DNA of 64,000 nucleotides. Origin: Verrucomicrobiota bacterium. GTDB taxonomy: Bacteria > Verrucomicrobiota > Verrucomicrobiia > Limisphaerales > JAKPVM01. Position numbers and translations under genes: made by a program. The stretch is from the NCBI GenBank assembly GCA_029572555.1, contig JAKPVM010000076.1, positions 2,467 through 66,466 of the forward strand, read 5' to 3'. The number at the start of each line of letters is the position of its first letter. Position 1 is the first letter of the stretch. Below the pieces are notes generated by a model. That model was not told the origin of the DNA and made no database searches. It saw only the letters and a list, made by a program, of their open reading frames with translations. This document shows positions 36,548 through 46,100 of this stretch, piece after piece.

Positions 36548-37708
36548 ATGTCATCAGAGAATATTTTAATCTTTTGGACTTGTATAATTCTTCTCACATA
36601 CACCTTTATCGGCTATCCACTATTGATGATTGTTTTATCAAGATTTTGTAAATCAAAAATAGAAAATAAAAATAATATTTTCTTACCCCGTGTTTCAATA
36701 GTGTTAGTGGTTTATAATGAAGCTGCAAAAATTAAACAACGAATTGAAAACCTACTTTCCAGTGATTACCCATCTCAATTACTTGAAATAGTAGTTGTAA
36801 GCGATGGTTCAAACGATGAAACCGAAACTATAGTATCAACCTTTAATCATCAACAAATCAAACTCGTAAAACAGGATAAACGTTCAGGAAAGCCTGCTGG
36901 AATCAATGCCGCAATTGAACATTGTAACGGAGAAATAGTGGTTTTCTGTGATGCGCGACAACAATTCAAACCTGATACAGTCTGCAGATTGGTGAGTCAT
37001 TTTTCCGATGACAAAATCGGTGCTGTAAGTGGTGCGCTTGAAGTTAACAAATCATCAAGTTCAGTCGGTAGCGGGGTTGACCTATACTGGAAGATTGAGA
37101 AAACATTGAGACATAGTGAATCGCTGATTGATTCCTGTATCGGATGCACGGGGGCTGTCTACGCAATTAGAAAGAAACTTTTTGAACCGCTACCCCAAGA
37201 TACAATACTTGATGATGTCGTATGCCCGATGAAGATTGCGCTTAAAGGTTATCGGGTCATTTATGACAATTCAGCAATAGCCTTTGATCCCCAGCCATTA
37301 GAACCGGAAAGTGAAAAAGTTCGTAAACAGCGAACGCTTGCTGGAAACTTTCAAATGCTTTTCAGATATCCGGATTGGTGCTTGCCATTTAAAAATAGAT
37401 TATTCTGGCAATTAATTTCACATAAATATTTGAGACTTGCAGGACCATTATTAATGGCTGGAATTTTTATTTCAAACATCCTATTGCTATCCCATCCATT
37501 TTATAAACTAACTTTTATTGGACAAATCATCTTTTACTTTTTGGCTATTCTGGGCATTATATTCAAAAGAGCTCGTTTAAAGATATTATCCGTACCTGCT
37601 GGATTTTTATTTTTAAATTTTCAGGTAATATCGGGATTTATTTATTATATTAAAAATCGCAATCCGCAAACATGGAAAACAACAAACGATAGTTTAAATC
37701 GTGTTTAA
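36548..37708 (+). CDS. Membrane-embedded processive-type family 2 glycosyltransferase (PgaC/IcaA/cellulose-synthase-like architecture)
   Basis: N-terminal TM, VSIVLVVYNE...VVVSDGSNDET...FCDARQ, a QRTLAGNFQ segment at the QxxRW position, and C-terminal TM helices. Confidence 0.75.
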   Translation: MSSENILIFWTCIILLTYTFIGYPLLMIVLSRFCKSKIENKNNIFLPRVSIVLVVYNEAAKIKQRIENLLSSDYPSQLLEIVVVSDGSNDETETIVSTFNHQQIKLVKQDKRSGKPAGINAAIEHCNGEIVVFCDARQQFKPDTVCRLVSHFSDDKIGAVSGALEVNKSSSSVGSGVDLYWKIEKTLRHSESLIDSCIGCTGAVYAIRKKLFEPLPQDTILDDVVCPMKIALKGYRVIYDNSAIAFDPQPLEPESEKVRKQRTLAGNFQMLFRYPDWCLPFKNRLFWQLISHKYLRLAGPLLMAGIFISNILLLSHPFYKLTFIGQIIFYFLAILGIIFKRARLKILSVPAGFLFLNFQVISGFIYYIKNRNPQTWKTTNDSLNRV

Positions 37709-38798
37709 GGCGTTAAATATATGGTTGCCAGCGTATTTGAGACAGAAAAAAGTACCATTGCCTCAAGATAAGGATATTCATTTAATCATTGCAATCTGCG
37801 ACCATTTTGAGCCGCTTCATAATGCGGATAAATCAAAGGCATTAGAAAGGTTGAATTTCTGGAAAAAGAATTTTCCACTAATCACGGAAAGGTTTTTTGA
37901 TTCTGACGGAATCCCACCTCGCCACACATTTTTCTATCCGATTGAACAAATCGATTCAAACCTGCTTAACGAATTAAAATATATCTGTGATAAAACAGGC
38001 GGCGAGGTTGAGATTCATCTTCATCACAAGTCCGATATTGCTGAGACCTTGAAAGAAAAACTTTTGAATGGAATTTCAGAACTACAAAAATTCGGTTTTT
38101 TATGTTCCGATGAAAATAAAGCAACAAGATATGGATTTATTCACGGCGACTGGGCATTGACAAATTCGCATCCTAAAAAATTATTTTGCGGCGTGGACAA
38201 TGAAATATCGGTTTTAAGACAAACAGGCTGTTATGCAGATTTTACGATGCCATCGGCGCCAGACCCGACACAATCAAAAATTATAAACAGCATTTATTAT
38301 GTCCGCGAGACAGGGCGACCACGCTCTTTTGACGTCGGTGAGATTGTTAAAGTTAATCCACAAAGAAAAAACGATACCGTTTTTTCAAGACCTGCTATTG
38401 ATGAACTTTTACTTGTTCAAGGTCCTCTGGGATTAAACTGGCGTTCGAGAAAATTCGGGATATTACCGAGAATTGAAAATGGGAATCTTACTCGCTTAAA
38501 TCCGCCAACAATTGAACGGTTAAAACTATGGATAAAAATCCACATACATATACAGGGAAAACCGGAATGGATTTTTATTAAGTTGCATACTCATGGTGGG
38601 ATTGAGAGTAATTTTAAAATGTTGTTAGGAGACCCAATGATTCAATTTCACACCGAGTTAAAAAAGTTATGTGATATAAATCCTCATTTCAAATTTCATT
38701 ATGTAACCGCCCGTGAAATGGTGAACATTATTCATTCGGCTGAAGTTGGTCTGTCAGGTGAACCCCATTTATTTAGAAATTCACGATATAAGCGATGA
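37701..38798 (+). CDS. Conserved hypothetical protein with His/Asp clusters; possible metal-dependent polysaccharide-modifying hydrolase
   Basis: The ORF overlaps the upstream GT2 gene by 8 nt and the downstream GT4 gene by 4 nt. Motifs: CDHFEP, EIHLHHKSD, FIHGDWAL, KLHTHGG. No family assignment from memory. Confidence 0.5.
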   Translation: MFKALNIWLPAYLRQKKVPLPQDKDIHLIIAICDHFEPLHNADKSKALERLNFWKKNFPLITERFFDSDGIPPRHTFFYPIEQIDSNLLNELKYICDKTGGEVEIHLHHKSDIAETLKEKLLNGISELQKFGFLCSDENKATRYGFIHGDWALTNSHPKKLFCGVDNEISVLRQTGCYADFTMPSAPDPTQSKIINSIYYVRETGRPRSFDVGEIVKVNPQRKNDTVFSRPAIDELLLVQGPLGLNWRSRKFGILPRIENGNLTRLNPPTIERLKLWIKIHIHIQGKPEWIFIKLHTHGGIESNFKMLLGDPMIQFHTELKKLCDINPHFKFHYVTAREMVNIIHSAEVGLSGEPHLFRNSRYKR

Positions 38799-39964
38799 AC
38801 GTGTTGTATATATCTAACCTTTTTCCTGACAGAACGGAGTTTAATCGCGGTCTGTTCAATGCACGGCTTGTAAGACATCTTGTTCAATATTGTAATATAA
38901 AAGTACTTTCACCACGTCCTGGATTTTTATTCTGGAAAACCTTTACCCCTTGCAATGAAGATATACCAGCTAAACCTGTTTATCAGGTTGTGCCTTATGT
39001 GCCAATATGCGGCAGCAGATGGAATCATATTTTAATGGCGATAGCATTAAAAAGAGCATTCAAAAATATTTATTCGGAATTTAAATTTGATATTGTTCTT
39101 GGTTCATGGATTTTTCCGGATTGTTGTGCAGTTGCCAGACTATCGCGAGAATTCAATATCCCTTTTATATCAACTGCGCTTGGAACAGATGTTCATCAAT
39201 ATATTAAAAATCCGACACGCCGAAGCATTATCATCAAAGAACTAACCCATTGCTCTGCAATAATAACTGTAAGCAATAGCCTTGCCCGGATTTTGCAAAC
39301 TGCTGGATTCCCTGAAAATAAGATTCATACTATTTATTATGGTGTTGAACAAAATATATTTAAGCCCGGAGACAAATCCGATGCTCGTAAAAAACTAAAT
39401 CTTCCACAAACCGCGCCAATAATTCTTTTCGTCGGAAATTTTCTTCCTATAAAAGGCCTTCTGCTTACAATAGAATCTTTCAATACACTTGTTAAAAAAT
39501 ATAGATTAAACAACCCGCTTTTGATTTTAATTGGCTCAGGACCGTTATATAAAAAATTAAAACAAAAGGCATTATCTCTTGGGATTGCAAATAACATCAT
39601 CTTTGCAGGGACAAAAACGCCGCAAGATATTGCAACTTATATGCAATCTGCCGATGCATTATGTCTTACAAGTATAAACGAAGGTGTGCCAAATGTTGTT
39701 CTTGAGGCTCTTTCCACTGGCTTGCCTGTGGTAACTACACGCGTAGGAGGTATTCCAGAAATCATTACTGATGACAATCTTGGTAAAATGATTACGGAAC
39801 GTTCACCAGAATTAATTGCCGATTCAATTTATCAAGTAATCAATAATCCACCTGATAAAAACCATCTAATAAATCATTCAAGAAGATATGATTGGAATAA
39901 AACCGCGCAAGAATACATAAACTTGCTAGGAAAATCCGTTGCAGATTTTCGTTCAGCAAAATGA
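38795..39964 (+). CDS. Family 4 (GT-B) glycosyltransferase
   Basis: TSINEGVPNVVLEALSTGLPVVTTRVGGIPE (EX7E region). Confidence 0.85.
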   Translation: MNVLYISNLFPDRTEFNRGLFNARLVRHLVQYCNIKVLSPRPGFLFWKTFTPCNEDIPAKPVYQVVPYVPICGSRWNHILMAIALKRAFKNIYSEFKFDIVLGSWIFPDCCAVARLSREFNIPFISTALGTDVHQYIKNPTRRSIIIKELTHCSAIITVSNSLARILQTAGFPENKIHTIYYGVEQNIFKPGDKSDARKKLNLPQTAPIILFVGNFLPIKGLLLTIESFNTLVKKYRLNNPLLILIGSGPLYKKLKQKALSLGIANNIIFAGTKTPQDIATYMQSADALCLTSINEGVPNVVLEALSTGLPVVTTRVGGIPEIITDDNLGKMITERSPELIADSIYQVINNPPDKNHLINHSRRYDWNKTAQEYINLLGKSVADFRSAK

Positions 39965-40017
39965 ACCATCACAATTTTTGCTTGTCTTTTTAAGCTCGGG
40001 TGTCAATTTAAGTTTAT

Positions 40018-42660
40018 ATGATAATTTCAAAAATTCCTTTGTTGTTTATTGGCTTCTGCATCCTTAATAGTATTGGAGAATGCGCTACATTGGTTGTTGC
40101 GACTTCTGATATTCAACCAATCCTGAAGCGAATTAAATCTTCCAGTTCAGATAACAATTTATTGATAAACCCCGATTTTGAACAAATAGATAATAATACA
40201 ATCAGTGGCTGGAACAAATATGGAAACGATTATGAAATTGCGCGCAAGGAAGGTAGAAACAACTCTACTGCCATATTTGTGAACAATGATGTTCAAAGCC
40301 GCAGCGCTGGGGCATCTCAAAACCTTACTCTTAATCGGAACGAGATAACACCCATTATTGTTAGTGGATGGAGCAAATCTGAAAATGTAAACGGTGCCCC
40401 TGATAATAATTATTCAATCTATGTTGATTTAATTTACAACGACGATACACCGCTCTGGGGACAAACGGCAAATTTTCGCTGTGGTACTCATAATTGGGAA
40501 AAACGAGAAGTAGTTATAATGCCTGAAAAACCAGTAAAAAAGTTGACCGTTTATTGTCTATTCAGGGGGCATTCAGGAAAAGTCTGGTTTGACGATATAT
40601 CACTCACCGAATTAAAGCCTGATGCAGATTCGTTCCTGTGGCAAGGCGTCCCGCTAATTCTGAACAAAGTAAAACAGGACTCAAAAACTAAATCACAATT
40701 TAATACTAAAGATGGATTGGGATTGGTATTCAAAGATGGTTATGCAAATCTCACACTCGATAAAAAAGATACATATAAATCCAAAAACGGTTTATTAAAA
40801 CCGTTTGGATTCCTTATCCGTGATGTTGCTGATGATAGCGATGTTTATTTGATTAATGACACTGATTGCAAGCCACTGAATTTAAAACTTTCATATATTA
40901 TAACACCAAAAGAGAACTACTTAGAAATCACAGGAAAAATAACAGATTTAAAATCTCAAGACCGCGCAATAACTATTGCTTTTGCGTTGCCTGTTGAAGC
41001 CGATGGTTGGCAATGGTGGGATGACATTCGACGGGGCAGGACTATTAAAGGAAGGGCAGAATTCCAGAACACAGTATCAGTAAGATGCGGAAGCACAGGT
41101 ACAATGTCTCTTTATCCTTTGGCAGCTATCAGCAAGGAAAATTCGGGTATCGCAATCGGAATTGATATATTATCTCCTGCTAACTACCGAATTTGTTATC
41201 ATCCCGGACTAAAACAATTCTTTATCGTCTATGATTTCGGGCTTGTGTCAGAAACGAAGAACTTTCCAGGTTCTGCACCATTCAAATTCGTAATATATCG
41301 GTTCAATGGAGAATACGGATTTAGGGCTGCTTTACAAAAATATATGGAAATTTTCCCACAGTATTTCGAGGTTAGGTCAAAAGATCAGGGCATCTGGATG
41401 CCGTTTGTAGATGTAAACACTGTCAAAGGTTGGCAGGATTTTGGCTTTAAATATCACGAAGGAAATAATAATGTGCTGTTTGACGACGCAAACGGGATTT
41501 TAAGTTTTCGTTATACCGAGCCGATGACGTGGTGGATGCCAATGGATAAAAGCCTTCCACGCACTTTTGAAACCGCTATACAAGTAAGAGACCAGATTCT
41601 TGCATCAAAAAATCCATCTCAAAAGAACCCTGCACAAGTAACATTGACATCCAGTATGTACGATGAAAATGGCAAACCAGCCCTTGCTTTCAGAGATGAA
41701 CCCTGGTGCAACGGCGCAATATGGAGTTTAAATCCTAATCCTTATCTTTCAGATAAACCAAACTTTGTTGATTGGCATTGGAGCGAAGATACGTTGAAAA
41801 AACTTTATGGGGAAAATGCAAAAGGAACTCTTGATGGTGAATACCTTGATTCCCTTGAAGGTTATGTGACAACTGACCTTAATTATCGTCGTGAACATTT
41901 CATCTATACAACCGTTCCCTTAACATTTTCTATGGATACAAAAAAGCCCGCATTATATAAGGGCTTTGCTGTTTTTGAAATAACAAAATGGGTTTCTGAA
42001 AAAATGCGCAGGATGGAAAAGTTGACATTTGCAAATGGCGTGCCTTATCGGTTTTCATTTCTGTGCGCCCTGCTGGATGTAATGGGAACGGAAACTGATT
42101 GGAACCCCGGTGGTAAGTGGAACCCTCCCCCAGATTCAAGACTTTGTTTGTGGCGCTCTATGGCAGGGGCAAAACCTTATCTTTTGTTGATGAACACAAG
42201 GTATGAAAATTTTCCAACAAATTTAGTTGAAAAATATTTTCAACGGTGCGCCTTTTATGGATTTTATCCGAGTATGTTCAGTCATAATGCATCAGAAAAT
42301 GTATATTGGCAGAATCCGGATTGGTATAACCGCGACCGGTATCTGTTTAAAAAATATATACCAATGATAAAACGAATGGCTGAATCTGGTTGGCAACCAA
42401 TTACAAGGGCAAGATGCAAGAATGACAAAGTATTACTTGAACAATTTGGATATCCTAAGAATGGGACTTTTTATATAACTGCCTTTAATAGCAATCCGAT
42501 TAATTTGGATACCGAAATAACTATCGAGGTTAAAAATCCGGTGTCGTCTATAAAAGAACTTATATCAGGCAACCAGATTAAAACCATAGAAAAAAGTAAC
42601 TGGACACATAAATTCTTACCTGAAGAAACGGCAATATTTGAAATATCGGTCGCTCGTTGA
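40018..42660 (+). CDS. 880-aa secreted protein: N-terminal CBM-like jelly roll plus a large uncharacterised domain
   Basis: Signal peptide. NLLINPDFEQ...ISGWNKYGN...VSGWSKSENV...GKVWFDDISLTEL resembles CBM4/9-type modules. The remaining ~680 aa are not recognised. Confidence 0.55.
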   Translation: MIISKIPLLFIGFCILNSIGECATLVVATSDIQPILKRIKSSSSDNNLLINPDFEQIDNNTISGWNKYGNDYEIARKEGRNNSTAIFVNNDVQSRSAGASQNLTLNRNEITPIIVSGWSKSENVNGAPDNNYSIYVDLIYNDDTPLWGQTANFRCGTHNWEKREVVIMPEKPVKKLTVYCLFRGHSGKVWFDDISLTELKPDADSFLWQGVPLILNKVKQDSKTKSQFNTKDGLGLVFKDGYANLTLDKKDTYKSKNGLLKPFGFLIRDVADDSDVYLINDTDCKPLNLKLSYIITPKENYLEITGKITDLKSQDRAITIAFALPVEADGWQWWDDIRRGRTIKGRAEFQNTVSVRCGSTGTMSLYPLAAISKENSGIAIGIDILSPANYRICYHPGLKQFFIVYDFGLVSETKNFPGSAPFKFVIYRFNGEYGFRAALQKYMEIFPQYFEVRSKDQGIWMPFVDVNTVKGWQDFGFKYHEGNNNVLFDDANGILSFRYTEPMTWWMPMDKSLPRTFETAIQVRDQILASKNPSQKNPAQVTLTSSMYDENGKPALAFRDEPWCNGAIWSLNPNPYLSDKPNFVDWHWSEDTLKKLYGENAKGTLDGEYLDSLEGYVTTDLNYRREHFIYTTVPLTFSMDTKKPALYKGFAVFEITKWVSEKMRRMEKLTFANGVPYRFSFLCALLDVMGTETDWNPGGKWNPPPDSRLCLWRSMAGAKPYLLLMNTRYENFPTNLVEKYFQRCAFYGFYPSMFSHNASENVYWQNPDWYNRDRYLFKKYIPMIKRMAESGWQPITRARCKNDKVLLEQFGYPKNGTFYITAFNSNPINLDTEITIEVKNPVSSIKELISGNQIKTIEKSNWTHKFLPEETAIFEISVAR

Positions 42661-42693
42661 ACAACTAATTTAAACCTTTCGGCGCTTAAGAAA

Positions 42694-43131
42694 TTACGAT
42701 TTTTTCTTAAAGCCTTCTAACTTTTTAATGAACGGTTCAGGACCACCTTCGCTATAACCGACCTGTCGTCCAATTTCTTTTCCCTCAGCATTTAGAACGA
42801 CGAATGTTGGAAAACCATTGACCTTATATTTTTCTTTCAATGCCGAATTGGCTTTTTTCAAATCATCGGATAGTTTTTTCTTTGATGGAAAATCAAGTTC
42901 AACAAGGACAAGGTTTTTACTTGCATATTTCTCAAATTCTTCTGTAGATAAAACTTCTTTTTTAAATTTTATGCACCAACCGCACCAGTCTGAACCAGTG
43001 AAATTGATTAACACAATCTTTTTCTCCTTTTTGGCAATTTCAAGAGCCTTATCAAGGTCTGTAAGCCATTCTGCGCAAAAAGATGAAAGAACAAATCCAA
43101 AAAATGCAAGCATTAATAAGTATTTTTTCAT
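42694..43131 (-). CDS. Periplasmic thioredoxin-fold protein
   Basis: Signal peptide. Active site DWCGWC followed by GFPTFVV. Confidence 0.8.
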   Translation of the reverse strand: MKKYLLMLAFFGFVLSSFCAEWLTDLDKALEIAKKEKKIVLINFTGSDWCGWCIKFKKEVLSTEEFEKYASKNLVLVELDFPSKKKLSDDLKKANSALKEKYKVNGFPTFVVLNAEGKEIGRQVGYSEGGPEPFIKKLEGFKKKS

Positions 43132-43188
43132 AATTTAAGTCTATCCATTATAGTCATTAAGTCAAATATTTTATAAAAAAACCGTAGT

Positions 43189-46100
43189 TTATGGTTTTTG
43201 GAGTCTGAAAAATTGCACAGGTTCCGTTGGCAAGATTATATAATATTTTTGATTGTTAGATTCGATAAGTGTGAATGGAACCGGTTCACCCTGTCCAGAT
43301 AACAGCTGGCTAATGTTGGTATAACCGAATACCCGCCAATCGCCATATATTGAAGGCACAGAGAGTTCAATATTAGAGATGTGCTTGACTACGGTAGCTT
43401 CCACTTCTGGCAGCGCCGCAATGATGCCATTGCCATAAACAACCGCCATATTAAATCCAAGGTCTGTGCTTGTTGCTGAACTTTGATGAACTTCTACCGC
43501 AATAATATGGGTTCCTGAATGTAAAATTGTGTCAATTTTTGTAAGATAAAATGTTTGTTCATCAGGTCCGCTAATAGCCGAATTTGCTTGTGTGAGATAA
43601 TTAATCGTTCCCTGTGGCATATTTTGTCTGAAAATCTCTATTCCATCAATATAGACAACGGCGCCATCATCTACGAGTAAATAGAATGAAAGATTAGTCA
43701 AGATTGAATCCGATGGGACTGTGAATGGACAACGGAAATAATAGGTTATGTATTTGTTGTTTGAATTTCCGCCATAACTCAAGACAGTTGCCTCTCCATC
43801 ACCGCCATATCCAAACTTCGCCCTGCCAATTTTCCAAGATGAATCGTTGAATGTAGAATACTTCCAGTTATCTCCTTGATTTGAACCGTTATCAAGGTAT
43901 TTCCATACTGAATTTGAATTTATCAAAGTAAATGCTGTAGATTCTTGACCGACGATAACATTAACTGGTTGCGAATCATAGTGTTTTCCGGAAGCGGTGT
44001 AAGAGCGCGCGCTAATCCAACGTTCGCCCGGAAGCAGTGTTGTCCAATTATATACTGAATTTGTTCCTGCAAGTTCTCCGAGTTTGACGCCATCAACGTA
44101 TAATTCTGTTTTTTGAATTGGATTCAAATAACCAGCCCAGGTGGAAACATAAATTGGCATTGTATTTGTAAGCAAATAAGCCGAGCCAGCAATCGGATTG
44201 GAAATTATCACTCGTCCAGCAGTATCGCCATAAGCAACGAGTTCAAGATCAAAACCAGCATCAGAACTCGTTGAAGATGATTGATGGAGTTCCACAGCTA
44301 CTACATTTGTGCCATTAAGAAGCCCTAATCCTTCTACTGGTAGAATTGTAGTAATCCATGCTGTTTCATCAGGCGTATTTATTGTGGTGCTTGCAAGTGT
44401 AGAGGCTGTTATATTTCCTGATGGCATATTATTTCTGAACACTTCTTTTCCGTTCAAATAAACCACAGCGCCATCATCGCGTTGAAGTCTAAATTCCAAT
44501 TCTGTGAACATCGCGATATTGGTAACAAAGAAAGATTTTCTAAAGTAGTGCGTAATTCTGCCTTCTGTCAGCAATGTTTTTTCTCCGTCATATCCGAAAC
44601 CGAACCGTGCATAGTCAGAGGGCCAACTTGTATCATTAAAATCCAACATTTGCCAACCAGACGAAACCTGCTGCAAATTATCCCAGAATTTCCATTCTGA
44701 CTCTGTGTTAATTAGTTTAACTGCAAGAGGTTCAACTGGGTCGGATGGTGTCAAAACATTTATTGTAATTGGCGCACTTGAAAACGTTCTTCCAGCCCCG
44801 AATATTGCGTTTGCTTTTATAATATAAGTCCCAGGGTTTGTAGGATTCCAGGTCAACTGGTATGGTGGACTAAAGGAGTCGCCAATTTTTGAGTAATTAA
44901 TGTAATAATCAACCTTGTAAACATAGTTGTCTCCACTCACCGCGAATGACTTAATAACAACAGGCTGTTCTATAAACAAATTTGCGCCATTGTAAGGACT
45001 TGTAATGTAAATTCCGTTTGTTGTATTAGTTTCTGTTAAACCGAGCATTTCCATATCAAAACCGATGTCGCTGCTGCTAACGTTTACTTGATGCACTTCT
45101 ACCGCAACTATATTTGTGCCATTAACTAAATTGACAGGAATTATGGATTGAATCGGTGTGTTTTCTTCTGAAGGTTCGATTGTTCTCAACGCAAGAGAAT
45201 TGAATGATACAACTCCGTCCAACATATTATCCCTGAACACTTCGTTCCCATTTATGTAGACGACAATGCCATCATCGCGAATAATGTTGAGAAGTATTGA
45301 GTTATATGGTGATGAATTTGAGACGACAAAGGTCTTTCTGAAATAGGTTGTTACATAATGTAAACTTGAATTTGTGCCGGAGTTCACAACGGTGAGTTCA
45401 CCATCTTTGCCATATCCGAATTTTCCGAAACCGCTTTTCCAGTTTCTATCGTCATAATTAAAATTTCTCCATGCATAATCCTGGTTAGACCCATCATCAA
45501 GGTATTTCCATCTATCACCGAAAGAAACAAAAGCAGTTGGCATTGGAGGGCTATTGATAAATATTTGAACAGGTGCGCTTGTTACAGTCAGTCCTGCTGA
45601 ATCTGTTGCAACAGCGTAAATTTGATGAACACCCGGTAAGAGATTCTGCAAATCAAATGAATATACTGGATTCCTCCCTGTGATTGTATAAATTAGCGAA
45701 TTGTCGCTATAAAAAACAAGATTACTTACTGAAAGTTCGCCGCCGACGACGACATCTGCAGCGATCCTGATGCTGGCTAAGGATGAATACTCCGAATTAT
45801 TTGTAGGCGTTGTTATCCATAAGCCTCTATTGCGGTTTGTAGATGCATAACCAACAAGGGAGAGGTCAAAGCTAAGGTCTGAACTGGTAAGAGAACTTTG
45901 GTGAATTTCCACAGCAAGCGAGTTTGTGCCATTTAAGAGCAGTTGGGGATTTATTAAAAAGCCGTTAAATGTTTGCCCATCATCGGAAGCATTTTCGGAA
46001 GGTGTTGACCATGTTATTTCTCCATCAGGAAGAAGGTCTCTAACAACTTCAACACCATTTAAATAAACTACCGCGCCATCGTCCCGTTTTAAATTCAAAA

